A stretch of DNA of 64,000 nt from the human T2T-CHM13v2.0 reference genome, Homo sapiens (GCA_009914755.4 CP068257.2:14176001-14240000), one strand, 5' to 3'. Counted from the stretch's first letter, positions 41,618-55,784 are shown. Numbers and translations: made by a program. The notes: generated from the sequence alone by a model not told the origin.

Positions 41618-41849
41618 CAGGTTGAGTATCCCAAATCCAGAATTCAAAATCTGAAATATTGCAAAATCCAAAACATTTTGAGTGCCAACATGATACTCAA
41701 AGGAAATGTTCATTGGAGTATCATGGATTTTGGATTTTTGGATTCGGAATGCTCAACCAGCATAATGCAAACATTCCAAAATCTGAAAAAAATCTAAAAT
41801 TGGAAACACTTCTGGTCCCAGGTATTTCAGATTAGGGATACTCAACCTG
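41618..41849. mobile_element. Non-autonomous DNA transposon (MITE), Tc1/mariner-type. It has about 15-bp terminal inverted repeats CAGGTTGAGTATCCC...GGGATACTCAACCTG and a TA target-site duplication. Belongs to the known human palindromic 'CAGGTTGAGTATCCC' MER family.
   Basis: The terminal inverted repeats are at 41618-41632 and 41835-41849, with flanking TA on both sides. The interior is largely self-complementary (tccaaaacattttgag / ctcaaaggaaatgttc ...). Track ORF 41579..41797 lies inside it. Confidence 0.6.
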
Positions 41850-43144
41850 TAGCCTGTGACAATCATTATCGAAGGTTCATATCAACAAGAACAGTAATTG
41901 AATTGTTAATGTTTTAGATTTATTCTCAAATTCTTCCTACTTTGATTATTATGTTTGGTCTCCCCCCTTCCCCGTTTTTTTTTTTTTTTCCGAATTTGGA
42001 TAATAGGAAGATTTTTAAAGAGCTCTAAGAGAAGCTTATGTGTGCTACCTAGGCACACAGTAAGCGTTGATAATCTTAAATATTAAAATACAGTTGATAT
42101 TTATGGCTGTTATTTATTCACATAAGACTTTGGAATGACATGTATATCCTCAAAAAAAAAAAAGTCAGTTTTTTCAAGGGAAAAGTATTTTAAAATAATT
42201 TGTTCTCTTATTCTATTTATAATCTTATGCTGCATAGAAAGAACATATTAGCCTTCCTTTTTAATGAGTATGATATTACATAACTAGAATATTTCATTTA
42301 ATGTTTATCAGTTATTTTTTCTCCCATCTGTACAATACAACCATATAGATCATAACATCTAGACGTCAAAGAATTACTTAAGAAAGGCATGCATTTTTTA
42401 AATTAAAAAAACTTTTTAATTGAATGGATTTTTTGTAATCTTGCCTGAAGCCCAAAATGTTTATGCTTATTAGAGCTAGAATTTACATATAAGTATAATA
42501 TAAATGAATATAAAAAGCTTTATCTTAATCATATGGTCCTCTTGTACATAGCAATATGTACAATATGTGTAAATCTATACATATTTCTATATGGTCAGAT
42601 ATTTTCTAGATTTTGCTTGTATATTAAAACATGCATTAGTATTTGTTATTTCCCATTATTATTTGTATATTATGAGGTATTTTTGTTTATAAAGAAAAAC
42701 TAAGTTTAAACCTTAAGGTAATAATAGTGATAATATATTATCATTATTATTCTTACATTAATAAAATGTACGTACTGTTGGAGCAATAAATACTTCTTTT
42801 TGTGATAATTATAACCCCGGGGCTTGATGTTGCATTCCTTATTTGTGGGCTATTCAGCTAAAAGTTAATTGCAATAATACGACTATGCATTTAAGAACAA
42901 TTTTCTTTCAGATTTGAGTATTGTTGGGAGCTATATATCAACTCTAGAATTTTAGTGTTCAAACTGATGCTTAGAAAGGTAAAACAGAACGGGAAAACTT
43001 ACCATCTCCATCTTATGATGTCTGTGAATAGACTTTGACTAGGCTCTGATAAATTTTACAGAATTACTCACATTGTAAGTTTAGACATATTTTACCGCTT
43101 TCATGTGTGGAAGCAAAAAGAACGTTTATATAGTGAAGGGATAA

Positions 43145-43483
<339 letters not shown>

Positions 43484-43670
43484 TCAGAAAATTCCTTGAG
43501 TCTATGGAACATGGGACTGTGTTCTTAGTTGTACTGCCTTGTTTGTGATACTTTAAAAGCCAAAAAAAAAAAAAAGATTTAAATGCAAGAAGAATTAAAC
43601 TCATAATATTGAAGGATTTTTTGGTGTTCAAATAATTAACCAAAATTATCATTTTCATTGCATTTTCCAG

Positions 43671-43849
43671 GCAATTAAGTTGGAATATGCAAGGTTGGTT
43701 AAGTTGGCCCAAGAAGACACCCCACCAGAAACCGATTATCGTTTACATCATGTAGTGGTCTACTTTATCCAGAACCAGGCACCAAAGAAAATTATTGAGA
43801 AAACATTACTAGAACAATTTGGAGATAGAAATTTGAGTTTTGATGAAAG
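43671..43849 (+). CDS. USP28: USP28 coding exon encoding [59 protein letters not shown](R).
   Basis: Acceptor ttcattgcattttccag|GCAATT and donor GATGAAAG|gtaatttg. The preceding track - ORF 43476..43712 is antisense noise. Confidence 0.9.
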
Positions 43850-45606
43850 GTAATTTGAAAGTATAAAATTCATATGCTCAAATCGTTCTTTTTTTTTTTC
43901 CTGCAGATTCCCAGGATAATTTTTTGAGTATTTATTTTATATATGCATGGGCACATATTTTAATAAATACGTAACAAAATTTGAACTCAATGTGACTAGT
44001 TGCTGGAGTCTGTGGCCTTTTGAAGTTTGAACTGAAAATAACTTAGATCATTTTAATAAATTTTAATTGTGAATCAAGTAATCACTGCACTTATTACACT
44101 CAATATTTTAGAAACAAAAATGGGCTTCTCAACCTCTGTACTATATAGACAGTTTAAATTAGATAAATCTTTGTTGTTGGGGCTGTCCTATGATTGTAGG
44201 ATATTTAATAATATCCCTCATCTCTTCGTTAGATGACAGTAGCAGCTCCCAAGTTGTGGCATACCAAAATATCTCCAGGTATTGCCAAATAACTCCTAGG
44301 GGAGCAAAGTCACCCTTATTAGAGAATCACTGGAGAAAAGTTTTCAGTCTTGCAGATAAAATAATTAAACATTCTTTGACATAAAGAGGAGGCTTAGAAG
44401 GGTTAAATTAGATTCACGCAGACATATTTTCTCTGGAAAGAGAAAATATTCTATAGAAATTTCTGTAGAATTTCTGTAGAATATAGAAAATATTCTATAG
44501 AATATTTCCAGAGAATGTTTTCTCTAGATTATATTAGTAGTTTTATAAAGAATTATTCAGAAAGTCCTATTAAACTACTAATGTTAAAAATCACAATTTA
44601 ATTAGAATGAGTGACACTAGAAAATAATTTCAGGGCCCATGTGAAATTTTAGAGTATTGAAAGTTATTTTCATATATAAAAACATTTATGCTGTTGCAGT
44701 TCATTGTAATTTTAATTCTGAAATGATCATCCTTTTATGAGTGTCTCAAAAATACTGAGTTAAAAGTGTATAGCAAAGAATATGAGGGGAGGCAAAGCAT
44801 CTGGATTGATCCTACCTTATTAGATATGTGCCGTGAAATGTAGGATTCTGTGCATAATACAAATAAATAGTTGTGAACAATATCTGATAGGTGGTTGAAT
44901 GCTCAGTGAATGTTGGCCACTACTGTTTATATTAGTAGCAGTGTGGACATCATTTATTTTGATACATGCGACTGCAGAGAGTTCAGAAACAGGGTTGTTG
45001 TGACCCTCGTTATCTGTGCTATCAGTGTACTGAGTTCCATTGGATCTATGCTGTTTAATTTGGAGAAGATATTAATGGAGTAATCACATTGACTTTTCAG
45101 TCTTTTGCAGTTCTCTGACTATAACTAGTTAATCTGTTTTGATAACCTGACTTGTGCTTGAAAGACAGAGTTATGCACATGTGAATAAATACATTTCGTG
45201 AGGATTTCTTTATCACTGATTCTGATCATAAAATCCAGTGGGATGTTTCCATTTTTACCTGAGATGATAGGCACGTTTTAGACTCTTTAGTATTTAAGAA
45301 TAAATAATACCATGTGGGGGGAAAAGAAGATGCAGTGTCTCTTGAGCTTGCTTAATAGATGCACATTATTTTTTAAAAGTTTCATTTTTTTCCTATGCAA
45401 ACTGTGTTAATTAGAATGTAATTTAAAAGCCATATATCAATACAACACAGTAAATTTGAATTAGAATTATTGCTCCTGTCTTCTTTGTAATTCCCCAACA
45501 TTGGTCCCAAAAATGTTTTTCACTTAAGGTTATTTAGGAGTTGTTTCTATACAAAAGTACTGCTGTTTTTGCTCAGTGTTTATGGATTTTGCTTTTGATT
45601 TACAAA

Positions 45607-45645
45607 TATATATATATATATATACACACACATACACACACGCTC
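45607..45645. repeat. (TA)n(CA)n microsatellite, immediately upstream of the exon at 45669.
   Basis: tatatatatatatatacacacacatacacacacgc. Confidence 0.9.
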
Positions 45646-45668
45646 ATATGTATGTGTTTTTTTTTAAG

Positions 45669-45747
45669 GTGTCACAACATAATGAAAGTTGCTCAAGCCA
45701 AACTGGAAATGATAAAACCTGAAGAAGTAAACTTGGAGGAATATGAG
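45669..45747 (+). CDS. USP28: USP28 coding exon encoding (R)[26 protein letters not shown].
   Basis: Acceptor gtgttttttttttaag|GTGTCAC and donor ATATGAG|gtaatgtg. Part of track ORF 45541..45771. Confidence 0.85.
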
Positions 45748-46149
45748 GTAATGTGCTTTCTTAGAGGTTAAACTACAGATTTAGGGATTCTGTAATTCAC
45801 TGATATTCCTTTCGTTTCAGCCCAACTGAAGTTGAATTTGTTATGAATGATGAGTAAAAAAATTAAGTTTCCAAGTCAATGCTCAAGTAATTAATAATTT
45901 TATATGTGATTTTAGGATTAACATGATATGATAGCATGTAGACCAAAAAGTTTAAAATCAAAAAAGGAAGATTTTTGGTTTTTTATTTCAATACTAATTC
46001 TCAAGTACTTTTTAAATGAACTTTTCTAGCTTAAAAACAGAATAACAAATGCATTGTTAATTTTGAAATCAACTTAGAAATTGCTGTTACATAATACCAA
46101 CAAGTAATATTTATCAAGACCCTACTATATGCCAGGCATTTGTCTAAGC

Positions 46150-46330
46150 CCTTTACATATATTAACTGATTTAATTCAGACAGTAACACTGTAAGATAGG
46201 TAGTGTTCTTATTCCCATTTGACACACGAGAAAATAAGGCATAGAGCAGTGAAGTAACCTGCCTAAGGTTTTCACAGCCACAAGTTTACAGCTTGGCTAA
46301 TAGAACCTACATTCTTAACTGTTGCACTAC
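46150..46330 (+). mobile_element. MIR (mammalian-wide interspersed repeat) fragment.
   Basis: ttattcccatttgacacacgagaaaataaggcatagagcagtgaagtaacctgcctaaggttttcacagccacaag resembles the MIR core (...ttacagatgaggaaactgaggcacagagaggttaagtaacttgcccaaggtcacacagc...). Confidence 0.55.
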
Positions 46331-48365
46331 ACTGTGCAACTGTACCCTGTGGGCTGTATTTTTTCCTTCACTTTGATTCATCAGATATATTTTGGGGAAG
46401 TTAATTCATTTTAGTCCCTATATGCCATATATGTTTGTCATGAGACAGTGTTGTGTGTGAGAGAGCACTTACATAGGTACTTGTACATGTGCTTGTGGGA
46501 TTTTTTTGTGCACAAAATTATTTTTTGTCAACTTTGGCTTTAAAATATTCTTTATTTTAATTGATGAATTCATACACCTAGTATTTCTTCACATTTTTAA
46601 ATTTAATCTTATGCATTGTCTTTTTTTTAATTTATAAGTCTAGTAAATTTTAAGTTGTTTTCTTGGGTGCCTTTGCTTAATATTTAGTTCCATTTACAAA
46701 CTTAATTATGGTACTTTAGATTCCCTAAATAATTAGTGTAATTCACTACACAAACAGGGAAGAGGAAAGAGAGAGAAAACACTCATTATTGATGAAAACC
46801 TTAGCTAGTTTGGCGTATAAGGTAACTACCTTAATTCACTAAAGAGTGTCTCTAAAAACAAAAATAGGAAATAATAAAACTGCAGCAAATATATAGAATT
46901 GTGAGCACTGAAAGCTTAAAATTTTTGTTGTCAAAAGCAAGGCAATGAAAATAAGCGAAAAGTAAAATACTGGAAAAGAAGAAACAAAGACATCATTATT
47001 TGTAGTTTTTTTTACCTTGAAATTCAAATAAAATCTACAACTGATGTATTAGAACTAGTAAGACAGCTTTGCAGCATGCAAACTTGTGTCAGACATCAAT
47101 TTTATTCCCTTTTGCCAGTAAAAAAAGTATGAGAAAGTATAAAAGTGAGACCATTTACAATAGTATCTGAAACTATGGAGTATATAGAAATAAATTTAAC
47201 AAAAGGTGCGTGTGACTTCTGTGGGGAAAATTATAAAACTTATTGGGAGACATTAACAAAGACCTAAATAAATGGGCATACATATGGTATTTGGAAAACT
47301 TGATATTATTAATATATAGATATCACTTTTCCCCCAAATGCTTTATAAATTCAGTGCAGGCTGTATGAAAATTCCAGCAAGATGTTTTATGGAGCTTGAT
47401 AAGCCAACTGAAAAATGTTACGGAAATGCAAAGATCCCAGTCCACCTCCCATCTCTGACAAGCAAGTTAGTGAACAGTATAAAGACTTTTTAATAAATGG
47501 TTCTGGGAAATAAATAAAATTTGATTTCTTCTTTATTCCATATGCAAAAATTCATTTCAATTGTGAAAGACTCCTGTGTAAAGCTGTTTAGAAGTCAACA
47601 TAGGTAGAAGCCCAAAGACATTCATTTATCCATAAGAGGCACTCACTGACCAGATATTTTTGACCAGGATATGTAATCTAGAGCCAGAGAAATTCAAAAT
47701 TTGTTTTCTCTTGACCCTGAGGAGCAAGTCAAGTCATCTTTTAGCTAATAATGACTCCAAATCTGTGCCCTCCACATTGATTGAGAGCTCTTCCCTTGTC
47801 CCCAAGATTCGTGTTCATGGAACTTGATTTTTAATTGTGACTTGATTCTGCAATGCTTCCTTCAGTTTGCTTCAACAGATTGGACTCATTATGTTTTTTT
47901 TCATAAAATCTTCTCATATTCTAACTGCAGGGCTGTTAAATCATACAAGTATTTAAATGACTTGTTTTTAGATTCTGCATATTCCTCCTATCTTTGTCTT
48001 GCTCTAAGTTCAGGGTTCAGTAAACCATAGCCTGCAGACCAGCTTACCACCTGTTTTTGTAAATAAACTTTTATTGGAACATGGCCATTTGTATACATAT
48101 TGTCTGTGGATACTTTCACACTGCAGTTACAGAGTTGAGTAACTGAAGAAGATGAGGCTTGCAAAGTCTAAAATATTATCTGGCCTTTTACAGAAAAAGT
48201 TTGCCTACTCACAACTTCTAAGGTGATTCTAATGACAACAAGGAATGACAGTTTGAATACCTTCCCCAGAAAAGCTAACTTCATACTTGCAGGACAAATT
48301 TTACCTTTATTTGTTATGAAGATCTACTAATAGCATGAAAATTATGTCTTGAAAATTAAAATTAA

Positions 48366-48667
48366 GACTGGATGTGGTGGCTCATGCTTATAATCCCAGC
48401 ACTTTTGGAAATCAAGGCACAGGGAGTTGTTTGAGGCCAGGAATTTGAGACCGGCCTGGCCAACATAGCAAGACCCTGTCTATACAAAACAGATTAAGTA
48501 ATTAACTGGAACTGGGAGCATGCACCTGTAATTCAAGCTACTTGGGAGACAGAGGTAGGAGGATTGCTGGAGCCCAGAAGGTCAAGTCTGCAGTTAGCCG
48601 TGATCGTGCCACTGCACTGCAGACTGGGCAACTGAGTGAGACCCTGTCTCCAAAAAAAAAAAAAAAA
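48366..48667 (+). mobile_element. Alu SINE (sense; older AluJ/S-like, diverged).
   Basis: ctggatgtggtggctcatgcttataatcccagcacttttggaaatcaaggcacagg ... gagaccctgtctccaaaaaaaaaaaaaaaa. Track ORF 48542..48790 is an artefact. Confidence 0.85.
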
Positions 48668-49470
48668 GTTTATATTCAAGGAGAATATCGTTGGCTAATA
48701 ACTATGTTTCTTATTTTTGTTTATAATGTTTATATAAAAGCCTTAACACTTTTGTTATCAGTATTCACTTTCCAATTTATCCTACATTGAATTTCAGTTA
48801 TTTTTCTTGAGTCAATTATTATAAAGTAAGCTAAGAAAATCTTGACTTTGGTATCACCTTAGAATTATTTAGTCCTATTACATGCCCTATAGTTGTTTTG
48901 GGGGTGGGGAGGGGCATTGAAATGTGAACTGCAGTTATTCTTTTACCATATCTCATGTAAATAAACTATTCGCCTACACACTTAAAGTCAAATTTACCAC
49001 ATATTTGCGAAGTTAAAAGGTTAAATAAATCTAACTTTTTTTAGTTTCTTAAAATTATGTATTAAGTATGTGTCCAAGCTTTGATTCATACTCAGCGTAA
49101 TATTTCATTTTCTTCCATCAGTTGATGTAGATATAATAATAGTTCAATAATATGATTTTATACTGATGAATTTTTGAGATGACCTGATTGATTATCCTGC
49201 CTTTATATTTCTGTTATCTGCTAGTAAAATCTTTATTGTTTAAAACATTTCATATCCATGCCTAATAATTTTTAGATTTAATGTTGTATTAATAAATAGT
49301 CTTGTGTGCCAGAAAGTAAAGTCTTGTTTTAGTTCTGATGTATCTTCATTTTGAACTCTTTATTTCTATTAATTCAGATAGTAGCGAAACAGTGCATTAC
49401 TTTTTGTACAGTTTCATAGTACTTTTTAAATCTTACTCTGAACATTTTTAATATTTTCTTTCACCTACAG

Positions 49471-49550
49471 GAGTGGCATCAGGATTATAGGAAATTCAGG
49501 GAAACAACTATGTATCTCATAATTGGGCTAGAAAATTTTCAAAGAGAAAG
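49471..49550 (+). CDS. USP28: USP28 coding exon encoding [26 protein letters not shown](S).
   Basis: Acceptor ttctttcacctacag|GAGTGG and donor GAGAAAG|gtaaggca. Confidence 0.85.
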
Positions 49551-50824
49551 GTAAGGCAAAGTGGACAAATATGAAAAGAGCATAATTTTTGCACTTAATT
49601 CTATTCAGGTGTGACCTCATCCATGGAAAAGATTTTATTCATACTCTGTATTTTTAATAAATGTTTTATTTTAGATCAGTTTTAAATTTACAGAAAAATT
49701 ACACAGTTGATATAGAGACTTCCCATATACCCCACATAAAATATATTTTCCATTTAAAACTCCGTAAGGTTGGCATTAGTGTCTGTGTTTATTAGCTCTC
49801 AAACACTACCCTTGAAGCTGAGTCTGATCTTGATATCAAGTCAGAGATAGTGTTTGCAGTCTGTCTTTGTGAACTTTCAGGTTCTGTAAAAAGTGTAGCT
49901 GTAGAAAATTTTTGTGTACTGTGACTTTAAACAAATTTTGGATTAATTTTCATTTAAATTAAGGATGGTCTTAAAGGAATATCTACTTATTTAATTATAC
50001 TATTATTTTAATTGTTATTAAGAAGAAAGGATACATTTTGCTTTACTTACATTTTAGGTTATTTACTAGTTTGCATGTATTTCTCCACATATTTCTTAAT
50101 GCGTGTTGTTGAACATTAACTTCCCTAGTGATTGTTTTTTGAGAAAATGCTTTATTTTCAATGCAGTGTATATTGCAGCCAAGTAAAAGGGATATTGAAT
50201 TTTTCCTTTCTTTTTTGTTTTATGAAATTTAAGAAGCTCCCACTTAGGTAATGATGCTTCTTTTTCAAAAAAAGAAACAAAGATCAGTGTTTAATTCTGG
50301 AGCTATGCTGTCCAACATAGCGGCCACCTGACAAAACTTAAATAACTAAAACTTTTAAAACCAAAGTTCAGTTCATCGGTTACACCGGCCACGTTTCAGT
50401 AGTTCAGTAGCCTCATGTGGTTAGTGGCCTCTATTTTTAGCCAGCACAGAACATTTCCATAATCACAGAAATTTCTATTGGACAGTACTATTCTAGAGGA
50501 CAGTACTTTCATTTTTATATTAATAGTTATCAAAATTTTTAGTTATCACACAAAAGGAAAAATTAATGTTTTACTTAACAATTTGTCTTAAGTACTTAAG
50601 TACAAATTATTTAAAGTCCTAGTCATTGTGCTATTTATAAGATAATTTCACTTTAGTCATTGATGTAGAAAACTTACTTTGATCAATACCTCCAATTTAT
50701 GAGTTATGTCAATCAAGATTTTATTTCTTTAATAGGAATATTCAAATGTACTATTAGAATTTATATTTGTGCTGATTTGAGAAAAATAATGTGATCGTAT
50801 AATTCAATAGAGTGAGATATAAAA

Positions 50825-50905
50825 AGGCATTTCAGTGTTACAGATAAAGAAATCAGACTTCACAGAGATGTAGTAACTTTGTCAAGGTCACACAGCTAAC
50901 TAGGA
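50825..50905 (+). mobile_element. MIR fragment.
   Basis: gttacagataaagaaatcagacttcacagagatgtagtaactttgtcaaggtcacacagctaactagg. Confidence 0.45.
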
Positions 50906-51268
50906 GAAGAAAAATTAAAATAGAGACCTCGTATTCTTGTATAATTTAATGAAATCATGTAAGTACAAAATGTATTCATTTATCTCAATAAGAATTAAAA
51001 AGATGAAACTGTCACTTTGTACCTATCCGGATAGCTTCTGTATTAGTTGTTCCCAGTTAACATACATTAAAGGAATTTGAGATATAACTTGGAAATATGT
51101 TTAAATATTACAATTTGCTTGTCAGTTTTCAAATACATACTTACTCAGAAAGTTAATATTCTAGTATAGTAAATACTTACCAAATTAGAAGGATTAACTA
51201 GAAAATCAATAATGGTGACAGATATTACTTGTGGAATATCTTTTAAAGAAATATTGGTGTGTGTGCGA

Positions 51269-51410
<142 letters not shown>

Positions 51411-51417
51411 AATACTG

Positions 51418-51448
<31 letters not shown>

Positions 51449-52526
51449 AAATCTTTAAATATAGCAGTTATTGTAGCTAGCTGTTTGTAAAATATTGCCA
51501 AAAGATTCTGTCAAAATTGTTTTTAATGAAAATGTAAACATTTAAAGGCTTGAATGAAATACTGATGGACCCTTGTGAGTCCTGAGAACAGTGAAGTGAA
51601 ATCATGGTTGCAAGAACCATAATTTTATAGAGTGTACCAGGCTACATGATCTTATTTTATCTTAGATAAGAATATGGTAATTGGACTGCTAAATCTTATT
51701 CTAAATTTATTTGAATATACATTCGTAAGCACTTTAAAGTTTGATAACATATGGAACATTTTGCGTACCTCAGTAGAGAATTGGAACAAGGTCATGGTTT
51801 CAGAGCAATTCTCAAAGAGGTGACTCAGGTCTAGAAAGCCAGATGTCAGTGTCATTCAGGAGAGATCTTCTTAACAGGAAACTCAGTAGCTATAAAGGAA
51901 AAGATAGATGTGCTAGTTACTTATTAATTAACGAACTACTACAACTTAATGTTGTAAAACAACTTTTAATATTATCACTTCCTTCGTTTTTCATAAATAA
52001 CATCTTTAACTGAGAATATGTTTATTAACCTAATATCATTTCAAAATAAAATGTTATACTTAATCTCAAAAACAAATTCCTAGAAAGCCGTTTTCAAAAA
52101 ATGTATAAAATAGACCTATTTACCATGACACCTTCAGGTGTGTAATTTGATTTGCCATGAATGTATACATTAATTTTTAAATAATTTTACATTTAACATT
52201 TGGGATGTGGAATGGATTTATTTTGTATCTAAGTACATGAATTAAGTAATAAACAGTAATTATTGGCAGGAGCGTCTAGAGTTTAAAATTGTGTTTCTTT
52301 ACAATATTTCATTTTTTAAAATATATTTTTCCATATTAATCTGTGAAAAAATATATTAATGAAAAACTGACGCAAAGGAAATATTTTAAAATAATATTTT
52401 TTATTTCAGTTATACAAATACTTGGCTAGATATAGTTTTTATTTTGACATGTTAGAAGGATAGTTTTGAGGTAAAAGTAATTCTTTATTAAATATTTTTT
52501 TCTTCCATTTTTGTTTTGTTTTGTAT

Positions 52527-52823
52527 TTTTGAGTTGGGGTCTTGCTCTGTTGCGCAGGCTGGAATGCAGTGGTATGATCATGGCTCACTACAACCTCTTA
52601 CCTTCTCAGCTCAAGAAGTCCTTCCTCCTCAGCCTCCTGAGTAGCTGGTACTACAGGCATGTACCACGATGCCCAGCTAATTTTTTTTTTTTTAATGTTT
52701 TTGTAGAGATGGGGGTGTCAACTATGTTGGCCAGGCAGGTCTTGAACTTCTGGCCTCAGCTGATCCTGTCACCACCACCTCCCAAAGTATTGGGATTACA
52801 GGCATGAGCGACTGTGCCTGGCC
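52527..52823 (-). mobile_element. Alu SINE (antisense; diverged AluJ-like).
   Basis: gagttggggtcttgctctgttgcgcaggctggaatgcagtggtatgatc ... attgggattacaggcatgagcgactgtgcctggcc. Track ORF 52511..52807 is an artefact. Confidence 0.85.
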
Positions 52824-52910
52824 CCTTTTCTTCCCTTTTTAAAACCTAATTTGAATTTCATAATATCTAGACTTACATTAATATAACACATATGCCTAAT
52901 TCTATCACTT

Positions 52911-53195
52911 CTTTTTTTTTTGAGACGGAGTTTTGCTCTTGTTGCCCAGGCTGGAGTGCAGTGGCGTGATCTCAGCTCACCTCACCCTCCACCTCCCGGG
53001 ATTCTGCTACCTCAGCCTGCCGAGTAGCTGGGACTACAGGCATGTGTCACCATGCCCGGCTAATCTTGTATTTTTAGTAGAGGCGGGGTTTCTCCATGTT
53101 GGTCAGGCTGGTCTCGAACTCCCTACGTCAGGTGGTCCGTCTGCCTCAGCCTCCCAAAGTGCTGGGATTACAGGTGTGAGCCGCCGCACCCGGCC
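52911..53195 (-). mobile_element. Alu SINE (antisense) with target-site duplication tctatca(c/g)tt.
   Basis: tttttttttttgagacggagttttgctcttgttgcccaggctggagtgcagtggcg ... gtgagccgccgcacccggcc. Track ORF 52933..53343 (136 aa) is an artefact. Confidence 0.9.
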
Positions 53196-53805
53196 TCTAT
53201 CAGCTTTTTTATGTTTGCAGGCTTTTTGTTTTTGCTTTATTCCACTAGGTTTCCCAGATTTAGAAGAAATCTTTCATTGTCCACTTCCTCTATTTCCTTT
53301 AGATATTCTTATTTCTATTTTTTTTTTACATTTTTCTCAGTAACTAAAACTGTCTGCACATAGAAAAGAACCTGTCTAAGTTGTCATTGAACAAACCAAA
53401 TGATGTTTGTGATCATTTACTTCATATAAATGTGACATTGCGTTAAACAATTAGATTGTTGGCTTTCACATTAGCTCCAATTTTGAGTTTAAATGGAAGA
53501 CATCAGGAAAATAAATACCAAGGAAAACAGAACTATCTGACTTTATCAGTTATTGCCTCTTTTCCCAGATTTTTTCTTAATTTATAGCTCTTCTTTTTTT
53601 ACTTTTAAGATAACTATCTCTGGGTTTCAGATGTTGCTGTTGCTAAAAAGGCGCTCTCAAGCATACACTGCGTCAGATGATATTTTTTATTATAATGTAG
53701 ATTATCAAAACTTAAGCATATACTTAAAATGTTTCATAATTATAGCTGACTTTGTTTCTACAAAGGTGAAATACTAATGTTATATGTTTCTTTTTAATTT
53801 TCAAG

Positions 53806-53929
53806 TTATATAGATTCCTTGCTGTTCCTCATCTGTGCTTATCAGAATAACAAAGAACTCTTGTCTAAAGGCTTATACAGAGGACATGATGAAGAATTGA
53901 TATCACATTATAGAAGAGAATGTTTGCTA
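53806..53929 (+). CDS. USP28: USP28 coding exon encoding (S)[41 protein letters not shown].
   Basis: Acceptor tttttaattttcaag|TTATAT and donor TTTGCTA|gtaagttg. AG + T = Ser joins the previous exon. Confidence 0.85.
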
Positions 53930-54288
53930 GTAAGTTGAATGCATATAGTATGATCTTATCATTTTGTCTGACATTGGGCAAGTTTTCCAGACTCATATAT
54001 AAGTGATTGACTCCATAAACTCTGAGGGGATAAGAACATGATGATGTCTATAAACTGGTTCTAGTCCCTTCAGATGGAAAAGTACACTCAGTACTTTATT
54101 CTTTTCTCTTTATGAATCCCAAGTACTATAGGTGATAAATGAGAAATGTTCTTAAAATAGCATCAGTTTGTTTACATTTCTGTATTTAGATTTCGTCATC
54201 ACACTACCACTCCTTTTTTTGGTGGGAGAGGAAGGGATGCATAGATAAGCCTTAAAAAATGTTTTATGTAAGTCTATAAGAATATGCA

Positions 54289-54589
54289 GGCTGGCGCAGC
54301 AGCTCATGCCTGTAATCCTAGCACTTTGGAAGGCTGAGGCTGGTGGATCACAAAGTCAGGAGATCGAGACCATCCTGGCCAACGTGGTGAAACCCCATCT
54401 CGACTAAAATACACAAACACAAAAATTAGCTGGATATGGTGGTGTGCGCCTGTAGTCTCAACTACTCAGGAGGCTGAGGCAGGGGAATCGCATGAACCTG
54501 GGAAGTGGAGGTTGCCTTGAGCCAAGATCGCGCCACTGCATTCCATCCTGGCAACCAGGTGACAGAGCAAGACTCTGTCTCAAAAAAAC
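54289..54589 (+). mobile_element. Alu SINE (sense) with target-site duplication aagaatat(g/a)ca.
   Basis: ggctggcgcagcagctcatgcctgtaatcctagcactttggaaggctgagg ... gacagagcaagactctgtctcaaaaaaacaag. Confidence 0.9.
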
Positions 54590-55784
54590 AAGAATATACA
54601 TAGAATGTATTAGAGTAATTTGTTTAACTTAAAAAATTGAATTTTCAGGTACAAGAATAGTATAGCTGACTTTAAACATACATAGAACCAAAACCTGATG
54701 GTTCCTCTGAAACCTTCAAAAAATGGTATAATGTTTCTCATCATTTTTTGTAGTAACCCAGCCACATTTGGTTATTTGTTTTACATAGGAATTGAAATGA
54801 AACCTCGTCAAGATTACTTTAGTGTTCCTTTCAGATTTTTTCACGTTGTATATTTACAAAGTGTCAGGTTCTGAGGGATACAAACATGAGTAAGATGTAC
54901 TTCCTGTCCTCAGAAAACTCAGTCTGGTAGGAGACATAATTGTTTGTTCTGGAATAAGTGCCATTATGAGAAATATGCACAATGATATGCCTGAAATATT
55001 TGGGAAGAACCTTAAGAGACAAGGTAAACCTCGTCTGGATCTTGATGGATAAATAGAAGTTTTATTCATGATAGAGAAGGGAGAATATTCCAGTACACAA
55101 CAGAAAATCAAGATAAATTCACTGTGGCTATCCAGGTTATGAGGAAGTGGGGTAAGGTGGAAGTGATGAAGCTGACAATACTTGTCGATGTCAGATGATG
55201 AAGAAACTTAGATGACATTCAAATGAGTTTGCACCAGTGTAAGTTTGATTAGGTTTGGCATAATGAGGTTTGTTTTCAGAAAATAATTCTGGTAATAATA
55301 ATAGCATTCTAGAGGATGAACAGGAAAGAAGTAGATTGAAGTCAAGAACCTTAGAGGGGAAAGTCAAGGGACGGAGAGTGAGGACCTCAACTCATGTAGT
55401 ACGGTAGGTATGATGGTGAAGGAAATGAAATCGGCATGTCATAGCTGTTGGGTGAGTGGGAAGAAGGAAATGGAAGAGTCAAAGCTGCCAAACTTACTAG
55501 TTTTTCGTTTAATATTAGGGAGTCTAATAGGAGGAACAAGGTTGGCTTTGAACATGTTTTATTTAAGAGATTTCCAGGACATTCTTTGATTCAGTGAACT
55601 TAACATTAAACTTGTCATTAAATTTTATATATCATTTAATGCATACTTCCAAAAATTGTAGTAAATACTTGAAGATTTATCTCATTTTATTCTCTTAACC
55701 CCTATGGTTGGAAGATAAAATACCCTATTATTAATATAAAGAAAGTGAAGCTAACAGATTTAGCTAATCTGTTCACGATTGGTG

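Noticed and set aside
51418-51444. T27 homopolymer following a truncated Alu right arm. It could be the tail of a second, deleted retroelement.
   Set aside because: No recognisable element body follows it. The simplest explanation is homopolymer expansion.
52933-53343. 136-aa ORF and the neighbouring 98-aa ORF (52511..52807).
   Set aside because: Both are translations of antisense Alu elements at 52527-52823 and 52911-53195.
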